From positions 54,145 through 118,144 of the forward strand of contig JAGWLG010000009.1 in the NCBI GenBank assembly GCA_028864975.1: a stretch of DNA of 64,000 nucleotides, written 5' to 3'. Below are positions 48,661 through 58,295 of this stretch, one piece after another. Positions within the stretch are counted from its first letter, which is position 1; every line of letters begins with the position of its first letter. Made by a program: the position numbers and the translations under genes. The notes beneath the pieces are model-generated. The model saw only the letters and a program-made list of their open reading frames with translations. It was not told where the DNA came from and did not search any database. This DNA is from Thermoplasmata archaeon (lineage in GTDB: Archaea; Thermoplasmatota; Thermoplasmata; Lutacidiplasmatales; UBA184).

Positions 48661-49239
48661 TCAAGGCAGCGTCGAGATCATCACGTTCTTCGCGGGGAAG
48701 TCGAAAGGGTAGCGCTCCGTGGGGTGCTTCAGGTCCTCGAGGAACGTGACGATGCCGGAGGCCGCCCCGAAGACCGAGGCGATCAGGAGCAGTTCGAAGA
48801 GCGGCGTCGCGCTGAAGTACGCGGAGACGTGCGAGACGGCGAGTGTCGCCCGGGTCCCGATCACCAGAACGACGAGGTAGGTGATCTTCGCTCCGTGCGA
48901 AAGGGCCTTGAAAAGGCCGAAGGCGCGCGTGGCCCGTGTCGCGGTCACGAGCCCGCCCAGGACCGCGATGGTCGTTCCCAACCCCAGGTAGAGGCTCGGG
49001 TCCAACCCGATCTGGATGGGCAGGTGGATCAGGACCGTCGTGAAGAACACGTAGGGAACTAGGACGAGGAAGAAGAAGATTGTCCCCGCCTTCGCGATAC
49101 CTTTCGCCACCTGCCACGCGGGGGCCGGAAGGTCGTAGGGGCCCACGCCCACCATAGGAGCCCCCTGGGGCGCGGTCGCGTCCGTGGGAGGAACGGAGGG
49201 CGGAGCCGGGGGCGGAGCGGGGGGCGAGGCGGCGCTCAT
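48661..49239 (-). CDS. Four-helix membrane protein
   Basis: Pro-rich N-terminus, four hydrophobic segments; ATGA-coupled to upstream gene. Confidence 0.75.
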   Translation of the reverse strand: MSAASPPAPPPAPPSVPPTDATAPQGAPMVGVGPYDLPAPAWQVAKGIAKAGTIFFFLVLVPYVFFTTVLIHLPIQIGLDPSLYLGLGTTIAVLGGLVTATRATRAFGLFKALSHGAKITYLVVLVIGTRATLAVSHVSAYFSATPLFELLLIASVFGAASGIVTFLEDLKHPTERYPFDFPAKNVMISTLP

Positions 49240-50093
49240 GGTAGCGGCTCCGGGGGAAGGGTGACGGTGACCGCCCCGCTCGTGATGGTCGCGACGACCT
49301 GCCCCCCAGCGAGGTTGCACCCAGAGGCGACCGTGATGTCGGTGGTCTGGTCGAACGTGCTGCCGGGCGCTGCCGCGAGGGAAAGGCTCCCTCCCCCGCA
49401 GGAGGTCCCGCCCCCCGCCGGGAGGACGCTCAACGTGAGCGCCCCCGTGTCAGCGTAGCTGGCCTCGTTGGTGAAGTTCACGCGGACCGGGACGATCGTG
49501 TTCCCTCCCGAGGTCGTCGGGGTGCCGGGGGTGACGGTGAACCCCTGGTAGGGTGCGGACCAGTTCTGGTCGCTCTCCATCGCCAGGCCGAAGTCGAACA
49601 TGCTCGCGTAGGAGCCGTTGATCCAGTACCAGCCCACGGTCGGCACGCTCCGGTAGAGGAGGTATCCGTCCTGCTGGAGGGTACGGGTCGGGAGCAGGAC
49701 GTGGACGTTGATCGGGACCTCGGTCCCCGGGGAGACGGTGACGCTGCTGCTGGACCCCTCCGCAAGAAGCCCCCCGGCCTTGAGCGCGAGGACGCCACCG
49801 ACGGAGAAGGTCATGGGAAAGCTCCCGTTGTTCCAAACGTAGAGCACTTCGCTCGTCACGAGCCCTTCCGAGGTCTGGAGTGTCGTGCCCGCTCCCGCTC
49901 CGTTACGGACCTGGGGAGGGTGCATCGCCAAGGAGACGATCGAGGCCACGAGGTAGAGCACGACGATCAGGACGGCAAGGATCCCGCTCCAGCGGAGGAG
50001 CCGCGCGAGGCGGTAGAGCGGCGGCTTGTTCCGCCGTACGAGCGGCGGCACTCCGGCCGCGCTCGACCCCACGACGGGGGGGGTCGCGTTCAA
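49236..50093 (-). CDS. Single-TM protein with extracellular beta-rich (Ig/LEA2-like) domains
   Basis: TM SGILAVLIVVLYLVASIVSL, Thr/Gly/aromatic beta-rich remainder; TTG start overlaps upstream TGA (TTGA). Confidence 0.75.
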   Translation of the reverse strand: MNATPPVVGSSAAGVPPLVRRNKPPLYRLARLLRWSGILAVLIVVLYLVASIVSLAMHPPQVRNGAGAGTTLQTSEGLVTSEVLYVWNNGSFPMTFSVGGVLALKAGGLLAEGSSSSVTVSPGTEVPINVHVLLPTRTLQQDGYLLYRSVPTVGWYWINGSYASMFDFGLAMESDQNWSAPYQGFTVTPGTPTTSGGNTIVPVRVNFTNEASYADTGALTLSVLPAGGGTSCGGGSLSLAAAPGSTFDQTTDITVASGCNLAGGQVVATITSGAVTVTLPPEPLP

Positions 50094-50737
50094 GGAGGTC
50101 CCCCCCGAGGCCCCTCGCGTGTTGCGGGCGGGGGACGGGGCGGGCCCCCCGAAGGGACCAAGGGCCCACCGCAGCCCGAGCAGAAGTTCGCGGCGGGGCG
50201 GTTCGTCGTCCCGCACTGCGGGCAGGGCGGAGCCGCCGCCTGTGGCGGCGGCCCGGCGCCCATCAGGAGCGGTGCCCGCGGAGCGTGCGCGCGCTTGTAG
50301 CTCCGCCCGAGGATGGCGCCGACGATGAGGGTGATGATCACGAGCGTGACCAGGACCATGCTACCGTAGAGCAGGAAGAGGAAGAACGACAGGATCGCGG
50401 CACCGGTTCCGTTCCCGAACCCGCTGTTGTTGTTGTTCGACCCACCACCTCCGGCGGGATCGCTCACGGAGGGGAGCGCTGGAGGGAGGGTCAGCCCCTC
50501 AGGCCCACCCGAGCCGCACCCCGGCAACGCTTCCCTGAGGGCGTAGGGGAACGTAGCGGGGGGGGCGGCGTTGGCCCTGATCGATGCAAGCCCTGACCCT
50601 GCCCCTACCAGGATCGCGAGGATCAGCAGGGTCGTTACGGAGAGGGGCCATCCCTCCTGCGAGCGCTCCACCACGTGGTAAGGGCGTGAGGGGGGTCTTG
50701 AGACTACTGTTTCCTGTGCATAGGGTCGGGGAAGCAC
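50090..50737 (-). CDS. Membrane protein with cytoplasmic zinc ribbon
   Basis: Signal/TM, G/N-rich linker, second TM, CPQCGTTNRPAANFCSGCG; start uncertain. Confidence 0.7.
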   Translation of the reverse strand: MLPRPYAQETVVSRPPSRPYHVVERSQEGWPLSVTTLLILAILVGAGSGLASIRANAAPPATFPYALREALPGCGSGGPEGLTLPPALPSVSDPAGGGGSNNNNSGFGNGTGAAILSFFLFLLYGSMVLVTLVIITLIVGAILGRSYKRAHAPRAPLLMGAGPPPQAAAPPCPQCGTTNRPAANFCSGCGGPLVPSGGPPRPPPATREGPRGGPP

Positions 50738-50865
50738 CGCTCCAAGTCCTCAACTCAGCGGTTCTCCCTCCTGCCCCCTCTCTCAGCGGTCGGGGAACCG
50801 GCCGCTCCCGGCAGGCTCCCCGCCCGGCCAAACGTATTTGCCTCTGGAGCGTCCTCGCCGGGGTG

Positions 50866-51084
50866 ATGACACCCACGGGTACCTCGAAGGGAAGAGAGGA
50901 AGTTCGCGACGAAGCCCAGGCCTTGGCGCGGGAGATGGCGCACGACATCCTCGAGTTCACTCGAGTGGGCTGGAAGCTCGCCGGTCAGGTCGGTCGTCTC
51001 GCGCTCCACGCCGCCGAAGACATGGCCAACGAGGCCGAGAAGACCTGGGAGCGCCGGAAGCCCAGTCGTGGTCGGGGGAAGTAG
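50866..51084 (+). CDS. Small helical hypothetical protein
   Basis: 72-aa Ala/Glu-rich amphipathic ORF before the 5S promoter. Confidence 0.5.
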   Translation: MTPTGTSKGREEVRDEAQALAREMAHDILEFTRVGWKLAGQVGRLALHAAEDMANEAEKTWERRKPSRGRGK

Positions 51085-51104
51085 CGGCGCCGACGGGGTC
51101 CTCC

Positions 51105-51111
51105 TTAAATA
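51105..51111 (+). promoter_or_regulatory. TATA box of the stand-alone 5S rRNA gene
   Basis: TTAAATA ~24 nt upstream of the 5S 5' end. Confidence 0.7.
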
Positions 51112-51134
51112 CTCCCGAAAAGTGGAAACTCCGC

Positions 51135-51251
51135 TGACGGCCAAAGCAGCGGGGAAACACCCGGTCCCATTCCGAACCCGGCAGTTAAGCCCGCCGGCGT
51201 TCCACGTGGTACTGAAGTGCGCGAGCCTACGGGAAGCGTGGAAAGCTGTCA
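51135..51251 (+). rRNA. rrf: 5S ribosomal RNA
   Basis: TGACGGCC..., CACCCGGTCCCATTCCGAACCCGGCAGTTAAGC conserved core, terminal stem TGACGGC/GCTGTCA. Confidence 0.95.
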
Positions 51252-51505
51252 GCACCTAACATGACAGCCCGGGCACTGTACAAACGCATTTGGCTGGGAG
51301 ATGTCACGAAAGGCCCCCGGACCGCCCCCCGTGGTAGCTTGGGCCCGTCTGGTTCCCGCCCGACCAGGCTAGCCGCGACATCGCCGTCCTCAAGCAACGC
51401 TAGTGGGCGAACGCCTCGCCCGGTTCCTCCGCCGTCGATCAGCAAGACCAACGCCGGATGTGAACTCCTTTCCCCTCGGGAGGACCCCGGGGACCCCCTA
51501 CACCT

Positions 51506-52489
51506 CTAGCTCTTCCCTTCCGGGAAGAGCGACGCCATCCTGGCGTCGAACCTGGAGAGGCCCTCGCGCATCTGGTCCTCGTCCACGCCGATGTAGTGCG
51601 TGGTCATGTCCACGGAGGCGTGGCCCATGAAGTTCTTCAGGTCGACCAGGCTCATGCCGCTCTGATAGGCCAGTCGGCCGAACGTTCTCCGCAGGTCGTG
51701 GTTCGAGACCCTGATCCCCAACCCTGACCGCCGGACGGCCCGGGTGAGAAGGTTGTCCAATCCTGAGGCTGAGCGAGGCAGGACCAGAGCATCGGAGGCC
51801 TTGCCCTCGACCCACGGCCCCAGGACCGCGGCGGTGGCATGGGTCATGGGGATCGTGCGCCACTTCCCTCCGACCCGTCCCTTGCCGCAGACACGCATCC
51901 TCCCCCGCTCGAAGTCGAGGTCCCGGACCCGGAGGCGTTTGACCTCGATCCTTCGCAGGGCGTTGCACCCTTCGAGCACGACCAGCACCTTCTCTGGGCC
52001 CTGGGCCGCTTGAGCGAGGACGAGCAGGTCGCGATGCTGCAGCCAACGCCGGCGGGTCGCTTCTCCTGAGGGCAGTCTCCAAGCTGCCGCATGGTCGGCG
52101 AGAGGGTGCCGAAGGCTTCGAAGGAGCCGGCGAAGGGCCGAAAAGTACACGGCGAGGCCGTTGCGGCTCCATCCGAGCCGGTCGCGCACGGCGCGCAAGT
52201 GCTCGGTGTCGAGCGCCTCCGGGCTAGGGGGCACGAGGTACCCTGCCCGGCGAAGGACCCCGGGGGTCCTCGCGATGTGCCACCGGATCCTTCGAGCCCA
52301 CTCCTCGCCCACCGAGCCCTCGCGGCGGACAGCTTCCCACAGGATGTTGGCCGCCGAGCTCCACACCTCATCGATGTCCGGTTTGGACCCACCTGAAGGG
52401 AGCGCCGACGATGGCTGCCCCCCGGATCCTACGGCAGGTGCTCCAAAGTCGAGGAGCGAGGACTGGGCGTGGGTCCCGTGCGGTGCCAC
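51506..52489 (-). CDS. Tyrosine recombinase/integrase
   Basis: LRRIE (R), GKG (K), HDLRRT (HxxR), MGH, THY (Tyr); no IntI-specific insertion. Confidence 0.92.
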   Translation of the reverse strand: MAPHGTHAQSSLLDFGAPAVGSGGQPSSALPSGGSKPDIDEVWSSAANILWEAVRREGSVGEEWARRIRWHIARTPGVLRRAGYLVPPSPEALDTEHLRAVRDRLGWSRNGLAVYFSALRRLLRSLRHPLADHAAAWRLPSGEATRRRWLQHRDLLVLAQAAQGPEKVLVVLEGCNALRRIEVKRLRVRDLDFERGRMRVCGKGRVGGKWRTIPMTHATAAVLGPWVEGKASDALVLPRSASGLDNLLTRAVRRSGLGIRVSNHDLRRTFGRLAYQSGMSLVDLKNFMGHASVDMTTHYIGVDEDQMREGLSRFDARMASLFPEGKS

Positions 52490-52685
52490 GCCGGGGAGTG
52501 ATGGCGCTCATCGGGTCATGAGTTGTGTCGTCGGTGAAGACGGGTGCGACGTGCTCGGGTAGCGTGAGCATTCGCAAGTACCCCTCGACCCGTCCTCGAG
52601 AGGAAAGCCCGGCATAGGACTATGTTTTGACGACCCGCCCCCGGAAAGGTGTACGGTGAGCCAGGCGGTCGGGGGCGCGGCACGA

Positions 52686-53795
52686 CTACGCGGCTCGCGG
52701 GAGCTTTAGTCGCCTTCCATCGATCTCGACCGCGGCGCCGGCGTTGATGACGAACCCGAAGTATCGCGACTTGTTCTTCCCCCCTGGAAGGAACCTGTTC
52801 GTCCCGATGGCGACCGTGATCGCACCCGCCTCGATATCCTCGAGCTGCGGAGTGTCGTGGAGCTTCGGGTTGAGGCCGATCCTCAACTGTGCGGGACGGT
52901 CTCGGTCCCGTCCGCCCTTGGCATAGGGCGCTTTGAACATCTCGTCCCACCCCGTCCGGTAGTGCTGTCGGACCAGGCGCCCCCCCTCGAATTCGAAGAC
53001 CCCTCCGGTCGCCTTGGTCGTGTCCGAGTAGCAGGACCGGTTCGCGCGGATCGTTCCCTCGGCGACGGTCGGGTCGAGGGCGACGGAGACCGACCCCGCG
53101 GGGAGACTGCTCAGGATGCGATACTTGTTCTTCCGATCCTGCGCCGTGGGTGTACCGGTGGCGATGACCGCACGGTTCCCCGAGAGCCCGAGCGTGAGGT
53201 CGGTCCCCTGGTCGTCGTGGACCCGGACGCGATGCCCCCGCTCCAGGGCCCGAGCAATAGGTGCGGCGGCTCGCTGCAAGGCGGCAGGGTTCACCATCGA
53301 GGCCTCGAGGAGCTGTCTCGTCCACGCCTCCTCGTCGACCCCGTAGGCTTTGGCCAGCGAGGGGAATGGCCGTCCGATCTCGAGGCGGGCCCCGCGCACC
53401 CCGGCTTTCGCTGCGGTGTTGTACCAGTTCTCGTTCCACGCGAAAGCCCTCTCCGCGCGAGGCCCCAGCTTCGTGAGGCGCAGCTTGTCCCCCGGTCCCC
53501 ACATGTGAACGTAGACGTCGGTCTTGCCGAGCGCCGCCCACTCGTGGGCGGGTTCTGCGCCGTAGAGCGTCTCCTGCTTCGCGGCGAGACCATCCCAGAA
53601 CGCTTCCTCATCTTCGTAGAGGACGAGCGGGTACGCCCGTAGGCGTCGCACCTCACGCGCGAGCGCCGTTGCCCACGGTAGGGAATGGCTCCAGCCTTCG
53701 ATGATGACGTTCTCTCCTGGACGGACCTTGAGGTACTGATTCAAGATCGAACGGGCGAACTTGGCTTCCGGCGCGACCGAGGGTCTGGTCGACAT
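52686..53795 (-). CDS. M29 (aminopeptidase T/AmpS)-fold protein with degenerate metal ligands
   Basis: LKVRPGENV, GTDLTLGL, LPAGSV, IGLNP, AIGTN family pattern. Confidence 0.75.
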   Translation of the reverse strand: MSTRPSVAPEAKFARSILNQYLKVRPGENVIIEGWSHSLPWATALAREVRRLRAYPLVLYEDEEAFWDGLAAKQETLYGAEPAHEWAALGKTDVYVHMWGPGDKLRLTKLGPRAERAFAWNENWYNTAAKAGVRGARLEIGRPFPSLAKAYGVDEEAWTRQLLEASMVNPAALQRAAAPIARALERGHRVRVHDDQGTDLTLGLSGNRAVIATGTPTAQDRKNKYRILSSLPAGSVSVALDPTVAEGTIRANRSCYSDTTKATGGVFEFEGGRLVRQHYRTGWDEMFKAPYAKGGRDRDRPAQLRIGLNPKLHDTPQLEDIEAGAITVAIGTNRFLPGGKNKSRYFGFVINAGAAVEIDGRRLKLPRAA

Positions 53796-53938
53796 GGACC
53801 GTCAGCGGGCCGCTCATATTTATGTCACGGGAGGAGCTGAAACCGTGGTCCCCATCAACGGGGACGCCCCTCTGGGTGAAACCAGATTTTCACCCAATTC
53901 TGATGGATTGATTATCGCCGGGAAGGCATGGTCCTGCC

Positions 53939-54529
53939 GTGAGCACCAAACGCAGCATCCGATGGAGCGAGGATTATCACCTGTACGTGGACTACGCGGA
54001 TCCCTTCGCCGAGGAGGGCGTCTTCCTGCGGATCGACCGGGGACTCTGCAAGGCCGTCGAATTGGACACCGCCAAGGACGGGCTCGAGGTGACCGTCAGG
54101 CTTCCCCCCGAGGTGGCGCCGATCCTTCATCCTGACGTCCGCAAGGAGTTGCGACAGTACTTCCGCCGCCCGACGAAGCGAGCGCTCGCCCGACAGTCAC
54201 GACAATGGACCAAGACGGCAGCCCGGTGGAAGCGTCAGGCGCGAGAAAGGCTTGCGAAACGCGCGAGCACTCCCCTGGCCTCGTTCGATACCGTTTGGAA
54301 GGACGTCCCATCGACCGTGGTCGAAGCGATCGAGTCTTGGAGGCGAGCGGTCCTCACGACCGACCCCGAAAGGGCGGAGCAGATCGCCAGGTGGTACGAG
54401 GGTCACACTCCCGAGTTTCCCCGCACGCCCGAGCAGGAACGACGCTGGAAGAAGATCATGGCCGATCTTCGACGGAGATCCAGCTCCAGCGAGAAGAAGA
54501 GGAAGTTGAGAACGCCGGTTTCCTGGTGA
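53939..54529 (+). CDS. Hypothetical protein
   Basis: 196-aa ORF with normal composition, GTG start. Confidence 0.65.
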   Translation: MSTKRSIRWSEDYHLYVDYADPFAEEGVFLRIDRGLCKAVELDTAKDGLEVTVRLPPEVAPILHPDVRKELRQYFRRPTKRALARQSRQWTKTAARWKRQARERLAKRASTPLASFDTVWKDVPSTVVEAIESWRRAVLTTDPERAEQIARWYEGHTPEFPRTPEQERRWKKIMADLRRRSSSSEKKRKLRTPVSW

Positions 54530-54937
54530 TCTCACGACGGCAAGTCGCGGGGTCGCTTGGAGAGCGCCCAGGAAATCTGAGGCCCGCCGGAGTGGCGTGG
54601 GAAGTGCGGGGCGGAGGGCTGTCGCGGGCCGACGATATACGTAGGAGTCGACGGGTGGATCACAAGGACGCGTGGGGGGCAACCCTGTATTCTTCGACCC
54701 GAGATGGGGCGCCTTCCTCTTTGCATGGAACTCGAAGGCCGATTGCGTGGTGCGCTCTGTCGGATCAAGGCGCGACCCGTTCCTCGACTCTCGGGTGTTC
54801 CAGGTTAGGGTGAAGGACCGTTAATCCTAGGAGGCCCGGGCAGGCTGTAGGTCAAGGCCGCTCCACTTCGCGTTGATAGTCAATTCGATGTGCTAATGCG
54901 CATCGGGTCGAGGGCCAAAACCGATTTGGAGGCAAAC

Positions 54938-56455
54938 ATGGGCGCACATCTGCCACTCCCGAGCGAGCTGAGCGAATTCCTCTCTCTACCAGGTCCGCAG
55001 TCGTTGCTGCTTCGGGGTTCTCCGGGCTCTGGCAAGACCACCCTCTCGATCTCCCTCCTCCAGGGCTTCCAAGGGAAGCGGGTCCTCGTGACCAGTCGGG
55101 TGTCGGCGGCGAAGTTGGAACAGGAGTTCCCATGGCTGGGGGAATCTGGACACCGGAGCATCGAGGTCATCGACACCACCGGGGCGACGGGGGACTCGAG
55201 GTCCACCTCCAAAGCGGAGCCGAGGATACGGGAGCTCCTCACGGGGGCGCAGCCCGACTCCGAAGATCTCCGGAGATTCCTGTGGCTTCCAGGACCGATG
55301 CAGCAGGCTTGGGGCGCGGCCTCCGAAAGTGCTCCGACCATCGTCGTCGTGGACTCCTGGGACGCGCTCGTGGAATCCTATCTGGGAGGCGCTTCGAAAG
55401 ATGGGGGAGCCTCTCCGAGCCGTGTCGATATCGAGCGCATCCTGCTCGAGCGGATGGGCTCGGCCCCCATCCACCTGGTCCTCCTCCTCGAGCGAGAGGG
55501 GCAGACCCCCCTGGACTACCTTGTGAACGGGGTCGTGCATCTCAAGACCGAATTCCAGGACGAAAGGTTGGAACGATGGCTCATCTTCCACAAGCTGCGC
55601 GGGATACGCATCGCGAACGCGATGTATCCGTTCAGCCTGGAGGGTGGGAAGTTCGAGTGTATCGAGCCCATGCGGCACCCCGAGAGCTTCCCGTCGGGAC
55701 GGGCCGAGCCCGAACCCGACGCGATACCGGGGCACATCTGGCCGGGGTCGAGCAGCTACGCGGACGGCTTTGGTCGCTTGCCCTTGGGCAGCATCACGAT
55801 GCTCGAGCTGGACTCGGACGTCCCGCAGTCGGTCCCCTACCTCCTGTTCTCTCCCACGGTCGCCCAGGTGGCCGGTCGGGGAGGGTCGGTCCTCATCCTT
55901 CCCGACACCGACGCCGATCCCGAGGTCCTATGGGGTCGCGTCCAGCCCAGCCTCTCTCAGAGGAAGTACCTCGACCATGTGCGTTTTGTCACTCCGACAG
56001 ACGGCAACGGTGCTTCCACCCTGGCTCCCACGTTCGATCGCACGCTCATCCACATCGGGCCGACGAACGGTAGCGGCGGATCGAAGTGGGAAGAACAGCT
56101 CGACACGTTCCTCGGTGAGGGTGAGGGCCAGGGAGCCCCGGGATTCGGGCTCTTTCACCTCTCGGGGATCCACGGGCTCACCAGTGCCTACAAGGTCCCC
56201 GTGGGGCCCGACATGATCGAGCGACTTCCCTCCATCGTCCGTAGGCTGGTTCGCGACAAGGCCATGCACACCGTCCTCGTTGGACGAAGCGGGGATCGTC
56301 TTCTCGAGGCGCTCCGCCGCGTCGCACCAAGCCACATCAGGGTCCGGATGCGCCAGGGCCGCATCCTTCTCCACGGCAGGTCGCCATGGACCCCGACGTT
56401 CCTGCTCGCCGCGGGTCAGGACCATGTTCCCTACGAGCTCCTCCGCGTCGTTTAG
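54938..56455 (+). CDS. GvpD-like KaiC/RAD55-family ATPase (two RecA-like domains, second degenerate)
   Basis: RGSPGSGKTT, VVVDSWDAL, LDYLVNGVVHL, KLRG; GGAGG SD before ATG 54938. Confidence 0.85.
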   Translation: MGAHLPLPSELSEFLSLPGPQSLLLRGSPGSGKTTLSISLLQGFQGKRVLVTSRVSAAKLEQEFPWLGESGHRSIEVIDTTGATGDSRSTSKAEPRIRELLTGAQPDSEDLRRFLWLPGPMQQAWGAASESAPTIVVVDSWDALVESYLGGASKDGGASPSRVDIERILLERMGSAPIHLVLLLEREGQTPLDYLVNGVVHLKTEFQDERLERWLIFHKLRGIRIANAMYPFSLEGGKFECIEPMRHPESFPSGRAEPEPDAIPGHIWPGSSSYADGFGRLPLGSITMLELDSDVPQSVPYLLFSPTVAQVAGRGGSVLILPDTDADPEVLWGRVQPSLSQRKYLDHVRFVTPTDGNGASTLAPTFDRTLIHIGPTNGSGGSKWEEQLDTFLGEGEGQGAPGFGLFHLSGIHGLTSAYKVPVGPDMIERLPSIVRRLVRDKAMHTVLVGRSGDRLLEALRRVAPSHIRVRMRQGRILLHGRSPWTPTFLLAAGQDHVPYELLRVV

Positions 56456-56569
56456 GGGGGCACTACCCACTTTGCTTCGTCCAAACCCTTCCGAGGTCGC
56501 GCACCCGGGCCCAGGCGCTCAAGTAGCCCTTCCCTTCAGTGGAGGTACTTCGGAGGACGGATCCCGCGT

Positions 56570-57175
56570 CTAGTCCGGTTCCTGTTCCGCGTGGAAGCGG
56601 ATGGGAGAATCGTCCTTCGGGGGCTTCTCCGGGGACTCTCCGCTTCCCTCGTCCCCTTCACGCTCCTCTTCCTCTGAGATCTCCTCGGCGACCAGACCGG
56701 AGACGCTCCGGATCTCCGCGAGGACGACCGTCGGGTCCTCACGATCGTCCAGGAGGAACAAGTACTCCGCGGGTGACTCCCCCTCCTCGGTCGGAGCGAC
56801 GGAACCATCGGAGAGAGCCTCCCCGCGCATGCGCACCCGCAACAGGCGGCGACTCTCCCCCGGCGGTTGGAGGATGTCCATCTTCAGGACGTCCCGATGA
56901 GGAATGGTCACATCGTCGGCACCCTCCTCCCGGATGCCTCCGAAAGGTCCGCCACTCAGGTCCGCCAAGTAGTGACGAAGGTTCCAGCTCGTGAGGACCA
57001 GGAGCCCGTGGCTGGTGTCAGGGTCGATCCGACGTACGCGGCCGTAGTACCAAATCGAGTCATCGATCTCGCCATTCTCGGAGAGGCGTACGGGGACACC
57101 TCGCCAGCAAGCGATGAACTTCTCTCCGGGGTCGAGCCGAACGTCCTGGTCGTAGGGGGACGGTAGCTTCTCCAC
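56570..57175 (-). CDS. Hypothetical protein, possible PH-like fold with acidic tail
   Basis: HGLLVLTSWNL pattern, Glu-rich C-terminus. Confidence 0.6.
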   Translation of the reverse strand: MEKLPSPYDQDVRLDPGEKFIACWRGVPVRLSENGEIDDSIWYYGRVRRIDPDTSHGLLVLTSWNLRHYLADLSGGPFGGIREEGADDVTIPHRDVLKMDILQPPGESRRLLRVRMRGEALSDGSVAPTEEGESPAEYLFLLDDREDPTVVLAEIRSVSGLVAEEISEEEEREGDEGSGESPEKPPKDDSPIRFHAEQEPD

Positions 57176-57527
57176 GTGGCTAACCTCGTGATGTGCGTTC
57201 GGCCGCAGGAAGGCAGCGGCTCTTCAAGATGCTGCCCGGAGATTCGCATGCGTGGATCGCACCCATGACGGTCGGCCTGCGGCAACGAATGTCGAGGCCA
57301 TGAATCCATCCTGACGTGCAGGTTGCGGGTTCGCGCTACCGTTACCCGCGGTCCGATCCAGCTCTTGGGTGAGGTCCTTCTTGCGTCGCCTGCGTCTGGG
57401 TCCATGAACGATCGCATGTTCCGACCAGAGCGCATGGTCCTCGTGCAGTCCCGAATGCACACGCGACTCGGAAACCGACCCAAGTCTGCGACCCCTTGGA
57501 TTGGGCCTTCCGGGTCGGAGGCCCGTT

Positions 57528-57743
57528 CTAGGGCACCTGAAAGGACGCGATCGCGAGCTGCAGAGCTATGCGCCGACGTTCCTCTGACGACCCCAATGAC
57601 TCACCGAACATCGTCTGCGCCTGTTGGCGGGCCGCCGGTTCGTTGGCCAGTTCGGTCATCACGGCGGACTGGCAGCTGGCCAGGCTCATGGTCATCCGAG
57701 CCCATCGCTTCACGAATTCCTTTGCTAGGTCGTCCTCTCGCAT
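57528..57743 (-). CDS. Small hypothetical helical protein
   Basis: 71-aa ORF; only composition supports it. Confidence 0.35.
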   Translation of the reverse strand: MREDDLAKEFVKRWARMTMSLASCQSAVMTELANEPAARQQAQTMFGESLGSSEERRRIALQLAIASFQVP

Positions 57744-57907
57744 GGTCGCGGAACCGGACGACGCCCCTTCAAGGTGCTGGAAGTCCGGGATCGGGCGTCG
57801 CGGGGGTTGAGGATGCAGCGCGACGTGGGTCCAGCCACCTCGTTGTCATGGGCGGGCGGAGAGCTCGCCTTCCCGGTAGGACCATTCGTGAAGTGTTCAT
57901 GGCAGGG

Positions 57908-57924
57908 TGCAATTGCGATTGCGC
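57908..57924. repeat. Palindromic site A (TGCAA-TTGCGA-TTGCGC)
   Basis: GCAA-N6-TTGC, intergenic, 52 nt beyond the relE-like stop. Confidence 0.6.
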
Positions 57925-57975
57925 CGCGAGTCGAGGTGGAGGGTGCCGGGAAACCCGCACCGGACCTGAGTTGGT

Positions 57976-58293
57976 TCAGAATCTGGAGGGGGGGAGTCGG
58001 TCCTTGTCTCTAAGGCGTGAGTAGAATCCTGGACGCGGCCCTAAGCCCAGAAACCTGACGATTTCGCCGTCCACATCGAAGATGGCCCTGAACCTGCGGG
58101 GAGGGAACTCATTGAGCTTCAACTCCCATAAGAGGGGATGATCCCGGATTCCGTGAATCGTGTATCCAAGGCCCGACCGAAACGGGCGATGAAGAATATC
58201 TGGGAGAATCTCCTCGAAGACCCTGCGAACTTCCAAGTCGAGAGCAAGATACTCTTCGTCGGCCGGCGAACGAAATGCCAGACGATGGATCAT
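57976..58293 (-). CDS. RelE/ParE-like toxin
   Basis: 105 aa, LWELKL..RRFRAIFDVDGEIVRFLGLGPR, directly after a small antitoxin-like gene. Confidence 0.75.
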   Translation of the reverse strand: MIHRLAFRSPADEEYLALDLEVRRVFEEILPDILHRPFRSGLGYTIHGIRDHPLLWELKLNEFPPRRFRAIFDVDGEIVRFLGLGPRPGFYSRLRDKDRLPPSRF

Positions 58294-58295
58294 GC

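Noticed and set aside
52600-52610. GAGGAAAGCCC resembling RNase P RNA conserved region I
   Set aside because: No matching downstream conserved regions; the following sequence is a protein gene on the other strand.
57171-57179. TCCACGTGG shared with the 5S rRNA as a possible att repeat
   Set aside because: Only 9 bp, palindromic and internal to the 5S; not significant.
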